Assembly: GCA_051252135.1 (NCBI GenBank)
Contig: JBPOGH010000003.1
Coordinates: 237,738-301,737, forward strand
Direction of reading: 5' to 3'
DNA: 64,000 bases
Source of the DNA: Verrucomicrobiaceae bacterium
GTDB lineage: Bacteria > Verrucomicrobiota > Verrucomicrobiia > Verrucomicrobiales > Akkermansiaceae
How positions within the stretch are numbered: the stretch's first letter is position 1; every line of letters starts with the position of its first letter. The notes beneath the pieces are model-generated. The model ran no database searches and had not been told where the DNA came from. It saw only the letters and a program-made list of their open reading frames with translations. Shown piece after piece: positions 48,806-58,813 of the stretch. The position numbers and the translations under genes were made by a program.

Positions 48806-51800
48806 ATTCTCCCGTCTGAACCCGGAAACTCCGCAGCGGCCCCCCATTCGGTGCCGAGATCAGCAGAGCCTCATCCCCCACCGGAACCAGCAGCATATTT
48901 CGCGAATCATCCCGCGTATTGAGCCCCGACTCAATAGGACTCACCGCAGTAAAATTGCCCGCTCCATCACCCTTCAAATAAAGATTGAGCGATGAGTTCA
49001 TCCGCCCCGTCTCCCGCTGGGGATGGAAAAAGTTCTGCGCCAACACCAAATCAAGGTGCCCGTCCTTGTTGAAATCACTCAGAACAGACCCAAACGCGGG
49101 GGACAACTGCGCCCACCCCGGAAGCGGCTTCAATGCAAACGTCCCATCTCCATTGTTCATCACCACCTGACTCTCCAATGTCGTCGCCGAAAGCTCCAAC
49201 GCCTCCCCCTTCAACGCCGTGTCGTATATCTGATTAATATCCGCCAAGGCGAAATCATGATACGTCGGAAACTTCTTCGCCAAAAATGGCATCGCATTCG
49301 TCGAGCAACTCTTTCCCCTCACCGGAAAGACCTTCCCCTCCTCATGAATCGCCTCCACCAGATTCACCCGCCCCTCACCTCCAAAATCCGCCACCAAAAG
49401 CAAGGCCGGTTCCGTCGGCGTCGCATGATACTTGTTGTTCACCCCAAAGTTCGTCGCCACAAAATCCGGATCCCCGTCCCCGTCAATATCCCCCACCCCA
49501 AGGCCGTTCCACCATCCCGTATGGGCCGCCAGCCCCGTCGTCGCATCAATGTTCCTCAACTCACCTTCAACGTTCCTCCAGATCGAAATACAACCCCATT
49601 CCTGGGTTAGCACCAAGTCCTCCCACGAATCCCCGTCGACATCCACAAAACGAGCATCCGTCACCATCCCGCTGATCTCCTGTCCCGACACAAACCCACC
49701 CTTCCCGTCGTTCAGCAACACCCGTGAAAGCGGAGCCAAAGGATAGTTCTGCGGCACAATCCGCGATCCCACAAAGAGATCCAGATCACCATCCTGATCC
49801 ACATCCGCTGCAGCCACCGCCCCACCACTCTCCCGCAAATCGGGCAACGCCCCGGCCACAAACTCCCCCCCGTCATTCAAATAAAGACGATCCCGATAAC
49901 TCACATGCCCCGACTCCACCCGATTCCCCCCCGACACCACATAAAGATCCGCATCCCCGTCGCCATCCGCATCAAACACCACCGCGTCCACATCCTCCGA
50001 TACCGCATCCGCCACCAGCGCCGCACATTCCTTCCGTTCAAAAACACCACCCGACTTCTGCAGAAAAATCTGCCCCGCCGATCCCGCTGCCCCGCCCACA
50101 AAAATATCTACCAACCCATCCCCGTTCAAATCACCCGAGGCCAACGCTGGTCCAAAATGCGACAACTTGTTCGGCAACAATGGTTGAATCGAAAAATCAT
50201 TAAACTCATTCTCCTCATGCACAAAATCCAACCCTGACTCATTCGCCGTTACCTCAACAAAAGTCGCCTCCGCAGACGGCTCCGGCAGTCCCTTCGCCGG
50301 GGCCGGAGACTTCGGAGCATCATCCGGCTCACTCACCCGATAATGACGATTCACCTCCACTTCTTCGAGCGTCTGAACCGCCCCGCTCGGCCACTGGATT
50401 ACCAGACGATCAATCACCTCATGCTCCCCCAGACCCAAATGCGCCACCGGCTCGCCACTCGACGCATAACCGCGCGCCGCCGTCATCATCCGCGTATGCT
50501 GACCATCCCCGACATAGGCCGTAATCCGCGCCCCCAACCCGAATCGATTGCTCCTCTTCCCCACCAAAGACACCAACACCGCATTCCCCCCTGCCGAATC
50601 ATTCCGTAAAAGAAGCAGCGGCTCATTCATCCCGTTCGCCACAATATCCAAATCCCCGTCGCGATCCAAATCCGCCAGCACCGCACCATGACTCACCGTC
50701 TCCTGGACCAATCCCCACTCATCACTCACATCCTCAAAATGTAAATCCCCCTCGTTGCGAAACGCCAAATTCTTCTCCGCAAGACGGGGCGCCGATCGCA
50801 AATGCCTCTGCACCTCCTCGTCCGAAGCCCCCGCCCTGATCATCTCAACCGAAACCTGCGCCATATCCGCATTCTGAATGTTCCGCTCCATCCCGTTCGT
50901 GATGTAAAGATCCTCAAAACCGTCGTTATCCAAATCGCCAAAAAGCGCCGACCACGTCCAGTCCGTGCTATCAAGGTGCGAAAAATACTCCGTCGCCAAC
51001 ATCTTCCCCGTCCCCGTATTGACGTGCAGCACATTCCTCATCTGCTGCCGCGGCTCCAGATTGTCGAGGAACCAGGCCGAATTCTCCATCGGCCCCATCA
51101 TCGTCTTCTGCTTGTAATGCGTCGTGCTCGACATATCCGTCGTAAAATAATCAAAGTGCCCGTCATTGTTCACGTCCGCAAAATCACTCCCCATCGAGTA
51201 AAACGAGGTATACGCCACCATCTCCCCGATCACATCATCGAAACTCCCCCCCTTGTTCAAATACAAATGATCCGGCGTCGAAAAGTCATTCGACACATAA
51301 AGGTCCGGCCAAAGATCATTGTTCACGTCAAACCACACCGCCGCCAACCCATGCTCGCGCGCCGCACTCATCCCCGACTCCCGATACGCCACCGATCCTA
51401 GCTTCGGCGGCTGCCCCGGCTCCCCCCCGTCATTCCTCACCAGCAAATCCGGAGTCCCCAACTCGATCAAAATATTCCCCTCATTATACTGCGCATGTTG
51501 GTCATGAGGCGGCGGCACCCTCCGCCTTCCGCTCGCATCCTGCGTAATCTCCATCGAATCCCCTATCACCTTCGAGAAATGAAGCAACCGGTTGGACGCA
51601 ATATAAAGATCCAGATCACCATCCCGATCATAGTCCGCCGGTGCCGCAATCGTCGGCGAAGCATTTCCCGGTTCCGCCAACGTGAACAATCCCCCAATAA
51701 ACCGTCCCTTCCCGTCACTTTGGTAAAACTCATTCGCCTTCCCCTTGTTGCAAACGATCAAATCCAAATGCCCGTCATTATCCATATCCGCAAAAGTCGC

Positions 51801-52223
51801 CCCCGATCCCCACGCCTCCTGATCAAGAATCCCCACCCCCGTCGTCACATCCTCGAACTTCCACGGCGCCACCTGCCGATACAGTTTGTTTGGCCCGTCC
51901 TGACACACCAAAAACAAATCCGGCAATCCGTCCTGATCGTAGTCCGCCACCGCCATCCCCGCTCCATTCAGCAGATAATTCCTGACATTCTCCTCCTCCA
52001 GCTTGTTCTCAAAATCAATCCCCGACTCATCACCCGATATCCGCACAAACCCCTCTCCACTACCCGTCCGCTCCGCCAACGGACGCACCTCCACCAACGG
52101 TGAAACCAACTCCCAGGCCGGAATCACCCCCGGAGCCGGCGACTCCTTCTCAGCGACAACTTCCTCCTTCTTGCAGGAGCTCAAAACAAAAACCAAAACC
52201 AAAACAGGGAGATAATATTTCAT
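48804..52223 (-). CDS. FG-GAP/VCBS repeat and ASPIC-UnbV (CRTAC1-like) lipoprotein
   Basis: Lipobox LSSC; many DxDxDGxxD repeats; GLGARIT..HLGLG..QWPSG. Confidence 0.88.
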   Translation of the reverse strand: MKYYLPVLVLVFVLSSCKKEEVVAEKESPAPGVIPAWELVSPLVEVRPLAERTGSGEGFVRISGDESGIDFENKLEEENVRNYLLNGAGMAVADYDQDGLPDLFLVCQDGPNKLYRQVAPWKFEDVTTGVGILDQEAWGSGATFADMDNDGHLDLIVCNKGKANEFYQSDGKGRFIGGLFTLAEPGNASPTIAAPADYDRDGDLDLYIASNRLLHFSKVIGDSMEITQDASGRRRVPPPHDQHAQYNEGNILIELGTPDLLVRNDGGEPGQPPKLGSVAYRESGMSAAREHGLAAVWFDVNNDLWPDLYVSNDFSTPDHLYLNKGGSFDDVIGEMVAYTSFYSMGSDFADVNNDGHFDYFTTDMSSTTHYKQKTMMGPMENSAWFLDNLEPRQQMRNVLHVNTGTGKMLATEYFSHLDSTDWTWSALFGDLDNDGFEDLYITNGMERNIQNADMAQVSVEMIRAGASDEEVQRHLRSAPRLAEKNLAFRNEGDLHFEDVSDEWGLVQETVSHGAVLADLDRDGDLDIVANGMNEPLLLLRNDSAGGNAVLVSLVGKRSNRFGLGARITAYVGDGQHTRMMTAARGYASSGEPVAHLGLGEHEVIDRLVIQWPSGAVQTLEEVEVNRHYRVSEPDDAPKSPAPAKGLPEPSAEATFVEVTANESGLDFVHEENEFNDFSIQPLLPNKLSHFGPALASGDLNGDGLVDIFVGGAAGSAGQIFLQKSGGVFERKECAALVADAVSEDVDAVVFDADGDGDADLYVVSGGNRVESGHVSYRDRLYLNDGGEFVAGALPDLRESGGAVAAADVDQDGDLDLFVGSRIVPQNYPLAPLSRVLLNDGKGGFVSGQEISGMVTDARFVDVDGDSWEDLVLTQEWGCISIWRNVEGELRNIDATTGLAAHTGWWNGLGVGDIDGDGDPDFVATNFGVNNKYHATPTEPALLLVADFGGEGRVNLVEAIHEEGKVFPVRGKSCSTNAMPFLAKKFPTYHDFALADINQIYDTALKGEALELSATTLESQVVMNNGDGTFALKPLPGWAQLSPAFGSVLSDFNKDGHLDLVLAQNFFHPQRETGRMNSSLNLYLKGDGAGNFTAVSPIESGLNTRDDSRNMLLVPVGDEALLISAPNGGPLRSFRVQTGE

Positions 52224-54712
52224 CGGCGATAGGGAACAGTTGAAAAGTCATCACTCCTTTCGGAAAAAGTGATCAGTTGATTGACGGGAAGATTCTCAAA
52301 GGTCTGGGTCACTCCCGAGGGCCACTGCACCAACACGGAATCAATCGTCTTCACCTCCCCCAGTCCAACCAAAAGCGTCCGCGAATTCTGCGCACTAAAT
52401 CCTTCCCCCGCACGATGCTCCTCCACGATCTTCCGCCCGCCCACCGTCAGCGTGATCCGTGTCCCGTAGCCATCACGATTCGACCGGCCGGCCTCTGCCG
52501 CATCCCGGACATTCCCGCCCTCGAACCGAAACGCCGCAAAGCTGTTCGCCGTCGCCACCTCATTCCTAAAGAGCACCAACTTCGGCGCGTTCGTATTGAT
52601 CGAAGCCATATCCGTTCGACCGTCACGATTGTAATCAAAGAGCACCACACTCCGCCCGTCTCCCAAATGATCCGCTCCCGATAGGAGCGACACATCCGAA
52701 AACTGCTCTCCTGACTTCGAAAGAAACAACCGGTTCCGCTCCTTCCCGCTCAACGAATCCCGCCCCCAAAAATCACTTTCGAGCTCCGCCACCGCTTTCC
52801 CCGTCGCCGCCTCAAAGGTCTTCGACTTCTTAAACGCTTTCCCTTTTTGAGGATCATCACGCACGACCGCACGCCAGAGAACACTTCAGAGATCCTTGTT
52901 GTTCGCGATCTCCTCCGGGGCCGTATAAAACCCCGAGGCCGAATAAATATCCAACCACCCGTCATTGTCGACATCCACAAACTGCGCCCCATACGCCCAC
53001 CCCACCTTCGCCACCTGCATCGAGTCCGCCGAAGTCCCCGCCACCTGCGCAAAGCCCGCCCCCTCATTCCGAAAAAGCAAATTCCCGTTCGCCGCATGCG
53101 GAATCCGCGGATCAATCCCCTCCACCGTATCCGCAATCCGCCGCCCCGCCTTCGAGAACATATTCGAGACCAACAAATCCAACTTCCCGTCCCGATCATA
53201 ATCCCCCCACGAAGCACCCATCCCAAACCCCTGCATCGCCTCCCCCCCAAACTCTTCCGTCACATCTGTAAACCGACCTTCGTCATTCCGATACAAATGG
53301 TCCGGACCAAAATCATTGCACACATAAACATCCGCATCCCCATCCGCATCAAAGTCACACCAGATCGCCGCATACGTATCAAGCCACTCCGCCAAATCCC
53401 CCACCGCCGGAGACACCGCGAACTTGCCGCCACCCATATTCTTCATCAACAGGTTCGGCGGACCCAAACGGTTCAGATAACGATGCGATGTCGCCTCCCG
53501 CTTGATGATCTCCCGGGCCATCCCCTCCGGGAAAAAATCCCGCGCCCACTTCGACACCGGAGCCTTCGCTGATGGCGGAGGCCCGTAAAGCCCCAGATAA
53601 ACATCCAACAACCCATCCCCGTCATAATCCACCGCGGAGATCGTCGACACCAGATAAGGCAGCGGCATCTTCCCAAACGCGGCCGCCGTCCGATCCACAA
53701 ACCTCCCGCCTTCGTTCTCCAAATACAACGACCTCTCCAGCGAACGCCCGATAAACACATCCGCATCCCCGTCATTGTCAAAATCCGCAAAAAGCGCCGA
53801 CGTGCACAACCCATCCACATCCAGCCCCACCTCGGCCGCCACATCCACAAAAGTCCCATCCCCCCTGTTCCGGAACAGCTGGTTCTTCCCCCATCGACCC
53901 ATCACATAAAGATCGTCCCACCCATCCCCGTCAATATCCACCACCGACAATCCCGGATGCTGAAAGGTCGAATCCAAATCGAGATAATCCGCATAAATCT
54001 GCTTCGTCAACGTGAACCGGTCCTTCGTAAAAAGATCCACAATATTGCGCTCATGCTGCGAATGCCGCGCCACCCTCAGCGACTCCGCATCCGGCACCGC
54101 CTCGTCCAGCACCTCCCGAAAAAGCACCCCCGCCGCAGCCTTCACCGTCAGCGGCCCCTGCACCCAATCCACAATCTTCCAGTCCCCCTCCTTCTCCCTC
54201 CAGATTAAATGCTGCTTCCCGGTAATTGCCAGCACCTCCCCCGCCCCCGATCTCCCCCGCCCCTCAAACCCCACCACCGCATCAAAATCCCCGCCCAACC
54301 CCGACGGAAACGAACCATCGATAAAATAAAACCGCGCCATCTCCATCTCCTCCACTGTTTCAAAAAGCTCCGCCCACAAAGTGGACCTCACCTCTTCCCC
54401 CGGCTCCCAATCAGCCTCACTCCAAATCGCAAACCGCTCCGTCGCTCCAGCCACCAGCTCCCTCCCCTCCACCTTCTCCACAATCGCCTTCGCCGCCATC
54501 TCATCCGGCAACACCTGGTCCAGAACCGACTCGTTCAAATGAGGCAGCATCGGAGTCAGCTTAAGGATCAACTCCTCCACCGCCACCATCTCGGAAATCC
54601 TCTCCTCCTCCCCTTGCCCGCTCCCCACTTCCGGATCCGCGGATTTACACGAAAACGACATGCCCAACACAAGGCATGTCGCTACGTTTGTTCCTATCAA
54701 TCGCCAGTCCAC
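52220..54712 (-). CDS. CRTAC1-like FG-GAP / ASPIC-UnbV protein with one in-frame UGA (candidate selenoprotein, 830 aa)
   Basis: ORFs 52886..54712 and 52220..52864 are in the same frame, joined as NNKDL-U-SVLWRAVVRDDP; TGA at 52888-52886. Confidence 0.7.
52859..52874 (-). promoter_or_regulatory. Candidate bacterial SECIS hairpin
   Basis: GCGUGC-GGUC-GUGCGU beginning 11 nt after the in-frame UGA; stem contains three G-U pairs. Confidence 0.45.
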
Positions 54713-54721
54713 AAATACCCG

Positions 54722-56734
54722 TCAATTTCGAGTCACCCGCACAAACCCATTCTCATCAGGCGCACTGTAACTGTAACTCGTCGAACTCTCCCCGACCTCA
54801 GCGAGATAAAAATCCTCCAGTTCAATCCAATTGGAAAGATCGGCTGATACCTCGATCTTAAACGTCTCTCCCGTGCTGGACGGAAACGTCACCGTCGACA
54901 TCTGCGTATCACTGTCATGACTGTAATCGGTGATCTGGAAACCCAATGGCGAAGCCGTCGACTCACGGGACTCCAGCGAGAAATAATCCCACTGAATCCA
55001 CCCGTTGCTCACCTCGGGATTCGCCGGATTGCTCGCCCCTCCCCTGCGGATGATCTCCACCACATTTTCTCCGGCGACCGCATTCACCGATGAGGCCGTA
55101 AAATGCTTTCTCACATCAGTCACGGTCTGGATATCAACCTCACTAAAAATGGGCTGACCGTTGAAAAGAATATCAACATCGTGCGTGCCGAAGCCCGCTC
55201 CACTCACCCCCAGGTCACCATTCCACCAGCCTCCGCCCATCAAGGTCGTCTGGAAACGATACTCGTTGGTCCCCCTCGCCTCTGAAGCCGTAAGATTGAA
55301 GTGAATCCGCGAATTGGGTGCACCTGCTGTGATCGCCCGCTCCATCCCCACCGGATTGGCCGAAGTATTATTCTGATCGACCGGATCCGTAAGTGTCTCA
55401 TCCGTAGCCACCACCCCGATCGGAGCCGGATAGATTCCCGCAAAATAGTAATCATCATCCCGCGAAGTCGCACTTCCCGGAGCATCAAAGATCCCATTCA
55501 ACTCCTGATTGAGCTCCGCAGTGCTGTCATCCTCAAAACCCAAAACCCACAAGGTCGTGTAATCATCATACTCAAAATCAATAAACACCGAGGACGTCTC
55601 CACGTCGTTTTCCGGCGCATTCGGACGGGTTACCGTCATCGTATAAGTGGTGTCCGATTTGGGACTCACCTGCATCGATCCAAACCCACTGAAAGTCTGG
55701 GCCGTCACATCACCTATCCCGTTATCTATTTCCACCGTCACTCCGGCCGCAGGGTCCACCTCCCACTGCAAGGTCGCATTGGGCAGGGTCGGCGTCACCA
55801 TATTCACGTCCGTTGTAAAACTGTAGAGGAGATCCGCACTCACCTTCACCGTGCCGGTGGCGGTATCGCCGTCCAGTTCCGAGGTGATGGTATATGTGGT
55901 TGTCGCTGCCGGATTCACCACCACCGAACCACTTCCCGCACTCACCGAACCCACTCCCTGGTCAATACTCACATTGGCTCCCGCACCAGTGAGCCAGGTC
56001 AGGGTCACATCCTCACCGGGACGAACCAAAATCGAATCAGCTGCAAAATTACACAGCGCTTCCGTGCACGAAATCTGACTCTCATCAATTTCCAGCGCAA
56101 TATCATCAAACTGAATCCAGCCGTTCACCGTCCCGTTATTCACTCCTCCCGTCCGAATGATCTCAATCTTATTGGGGCCGGAAACCGCACCCACCGTCGC
56201 TGGATCAAGCGTCTCCACAATCTCCCTGTCCTCGATAATATCCGTGGCCGTGTGCACCACCGCGTCATTGAACCGCACCTCCACATCATGGGTGCCAAAC
56301 CCGCCGTTCGCCGCCCCATCCCAGAATCCGCCATCGACGAGCCGAACCGTCAGTCGATAAACCGCATTCGGATCCGCTTCACTTGGGCTCATGTTGAAAT
56401 GAATTCGGCCATTGGTGTTCGTGTGGGTAACTGCCCGCTCAAACCCGGTTGGGTTGGCGGAATTGTTCGAAGTATCCACCGCGTCCGTGATCGTTTCATT
56501 TTCGGTCAACTCCCCAATCGGAGCCGGGTAGATTCCCGCAAAATAATAATCATCGTCCCGCTTGGACGCGCTCCCGGGCTCGGGCGCACTTCCGCCGATT
56601 TCCTGGGTGAACTCACCCGCATTCCCGTCATTCTCCCCCAAGTGCCACAACTCGCGGAACTGGGCATGACCGGGAAGAATCCCACCAACACAAAATAAAA
56701 GGCCCGTTAAAAATGTAGCGTGTTTCATCATCAT
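54722..56734 (-). CDS. Secreted protein with two copies of the CBM-like domain of the PEP-CTERM protein, Ig-like spacers and C-terminal module
   Basis: Two RDDDYYFAGIYPAPIG..ERA.T..RIHFN..GWIQ.D copies; ends GFVRVTRN. Confidence 0.8.
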   Translation of the reverse strand: MMMKHATFLTGLLFCVGGILPGHAQFRELWHLGENDGNAGEFTQEIGGSAPEPGSASKRDDDYYFAGIYPAPIGELTENETITDAVDTSNNSANPTGFERAVTHTNTNGRIHFNMSPSEADPNAVYRLTVRLVDGGFWDGAANGGFGTHDVEVRFNDAVVHTATDIIEDREIVETLDPATVGAVSGPNKIEIIRTGGVNNGTVNGWIQFDDIALEIDESQISCTEALCNFAADSILVRPGEDVTLTWLTGAGANVSIDQGVGSVSAGSGSVVVNPAATTTYTITSELDGDTATGTVKVSADLLYSFTTDVNMVTPTLPNATLQWEVDPAAGVTVEIDNGIGDVTAQTFSGFGSMQVSPKSDTTYTMTVTRPNAPENDVETSSVFIDFEYDDYTTLWVLGFEDDSTAELNQELNGIFDAPGSATSRDDDYYFAGIYPAPIGVVATDETLTDPVDQNNTSANPVGMERAITAGAPNSRIHFNLTASEARGTNEYRFQTTLMGGGWWNGDLGVSGAGFGTHDVDILFNGQPIFSEVDIQTVTDVRKHFTASSVNAVAGENVVEIIRRGGASNPANPEVSNGWIQWDYFSLESRESTASPLGFQITDYSHDSDTQMSTVTFPSSTGETFKIEVSADLSNWIELEDFYLAEVGESSTSYSYSAPDENGFVRVTRN

Positions 56735-56812
56735 ATCGGTTTTAGTCCGCCCTTCAGGCTGACTCGATGAGATTTCAGGTCAAGTTCTATCGACCATCCG
56801 CCCGCCCCTTCC

Positions 56813-58210
56813 CTACTCCTCGCCCTTCATCCAGGGCGGCCTCGCATTGAGCGTCACCTCCCCGTCCAACTCCTCCATCCGCTTTGTCAAAGCAGCCACC
56901 AAATCCGCCTTCTCTCCCGCCAGGTTGTCCTTCTCTCCCACATCGTTCTTCAGATTAAAAAGCATCACCTGCCCTCCTCCCTTCGGCCCATTTTTCCGTT
57001 TCACCGGATTCTTCGCAAGCAACTTGTAGTCCCCTTGCCGAATCCCCTGAATCGCACCCTGCGACGTATAATAAAGATACTCGTTCCGCGGTGAATCCTC
57101 CTCCCCGTGCAACAGCCCGGAAATATCCACCCCATCAATCTTCCTTCCCTCCGGAAGATTCTCTCCCGTGATCGCCGCAATCGTCGGCAACAAATCAATC
57201 GTCCCGCAAAGCGCATCACAACTCGTCCCCGCCGGCACCCGCCCCGGTCCCCACACCACACAAGGCACCCGCTGCCCTCCCTCAAAGGTCGTTCCCTTGC
57301 CCTCACGAAGCGGACCCGCCGAGCCCCCGTGATGCTTGAACTGCAACCACGGCCCATTATCACTCGTGTAAATCAGATACGTATCCTCCGCCAAATTCAA
57401 CTCCCTCAACAAATCCGCAATCCGCCCCACCTCCGCATCAATGTGCTCGATCACGTTGATGTAAGCCCGCTTCGGATCGGCATCCCTCACCTCATCCGGC
57501 ACATAAAGTGGAATGTGCGGCATCGAGTGCGGCAGATACAAAAAGAAAGGACGATCCTTGTTCGCCTTAATAAACTCCACCGACTTATCCGTATACCGCC
57601 GCGTCACCGTCCGCTGATCCACCGGCAGCTCCACAATCTTCTCATTCTCCATCAAGGGCGTATTCCACTTCGTCAGCGTCGACCCCGGATCCGCCCACAA
57701 CGCATCCATCCCCGCATGCCCGCCCTTCGGCTTCCCCTTGTTTTCCGGATGATTCATGTCATTCGAATAGGGAATTCCAAAATAGGTATCGAACCCATGC
57801 CTCTGCGGCAGCGTCTCCGGATGATGCCCCAGATGCCACTTCCCAAAACAAGCCGTCGCATAACCCTGCCCCTTCAAATGATCCGCGATCGTATGCTCCT
57901 CCGGACTCAACCCCCTCGTCGAACTCGGAAACAGCACATGCTTCTCCATCCCGATCCGCTTCGGATAACACCCCGTCAAGAGTGCCGCCCGCGAGGGCGT
58001 GCACACCGGCGAAGCCACCATGAAATTTGTGAAACGCCGCCCCTCCCTGGCCAGGCGATCAATGTTCGGCGTCTTGATCGTCTCCGACCCAAAACACCCC
58101 AAATCCCCATACCCCTGGTCATCCGCAAAAATGATCACAAAGTTCGGCTTCCGCCCGGATTCAGCCAAAACGGGCATCGTGAAAATCAGCAGCAGGGCGA
58201 AAAATTTCAT
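56813..58210 (-). CDS. Cys-type sulfatase
   Basis: PNFVIIFADDQG, CTPSRAALLTG, GKWHLG, SDNGPW. Confidence 0.92.
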   Translation of the reverse strand: MKFFALLLIFTMPVLAESGRKPNFVIIFADDQGYGDLGCFGSETIKTPNIDRLAREGRRFTNFMVASPVCTPSRAALLTGCYPKRIGMEKHVLFPSSTRGLSPEEHTIADHLKGQGYATACFGKWHLGHHPETLPQRHGFDTYFGIPYSNDMNHPENKGKPKGGHAGMDALWADPGSTLTKWNTPLMENEKIVELPVDQRTVTRRYTDKSVEFIKANKDRPFFLYLPHSMPHIPLYVPDEVRDADPKRAYINVIEHIDAEVGRIADLLRELNLAEDTYLIYTSDNGPWLQFKHHGGSAGPLREGKGTTFEGGQRVPCVVWGPGRVPAGTSCDALCGTIDLLPTIAAITGENLPEGRKIDGVDISGLLHGEEDSPRNEYLYYTSQGAIQGIRQGDYKLLAKNPVKRKNGPKGGGQVMLFNLKNDVGEKDNLAGEKADLVAALTKRMEELDGEVTLNARPPWMKGEE

Positions 58211-58305
58211 TGCCCAAACCTAAAAGACCGGCCAGCACATGGCCAGTTCAGAAAAGTGAGTTCACCCTCAACCTGGTTTAACCTCTTCCCATTGCGAAAA
58301 CTGTT

Positions 58306-58734
58306 GTGAAAAAACTCATCTCCCTCACCGGCCCCCTCCTCCTCGCCCTTTCTTCCTGCGCCGGGACTGCCGCCACTTCCGCCGCCAGCTCCCCGTCCGT
58401 TAAGGAAAAATCCGAGCCCGCCGAAGAACCCGCCGTTCTTTCCACCCAATACGGCATCGCCTCCTGGTATAGCATCCGCACCAACCATGGCACCCGCACC
58501 GCCAGCGGACGACCCCTCCAGGATCACGCCTACACCGCTGCCCACCGAACCCTCAAAATGGGCACCCGCATCCGCGTCACCAACCTTAGCAACGGCCGCT
58601 CGGAAATCCTCCGCGTCACCGACCGCGGACCCTACACCAAGGGCCGTGTCGTCGATGTCACCATCGGCTCCGCCAAACGCCTCGGCTTTTACAGCAGGGG
58701 CCTCACCCAAGTGAAGGTCGAGGCCATCCGCTGA
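58306..58734 (+). CDS. rlpA: Septal ring lytic transglycosylase RlpA family lipoprotein
   Basis: Lipobox LSSC; GIASWY, TASG, TAAHRTL, DRGPY..GRVVD. Confidence 0.9.
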   Translation: MKKLISLTGPLLLALSSCAGTAATSAASSPSVKEKSEPAEEPAVLSTQYGIASWYSIRTNHGTRTASGRPLQDHAYTAAHRTLKMGTRIRVTNLSNGRSEILRVTDRGPYTKGRVVDVTIGSAKRLGFYSRGLTQVKVEAIR

Positions 58735-58813
58735 CCCCCGCTCGTCCGGTCCCCGTAAAGATCCGCCGATTCCCCTTGTTCTCAGAAGAGTGACTCCCAC
58801 GTTCACCCCTCTG

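Noticed and set aside
54710..54724. TGA stop of 54722..56734 is in frame with the GTG start of the next gene
   Set aside because: The upstream protein ends in its normal terminal motif (FVRVTRN) and the next gene begins with its own signal peptide, so this is a true stop.
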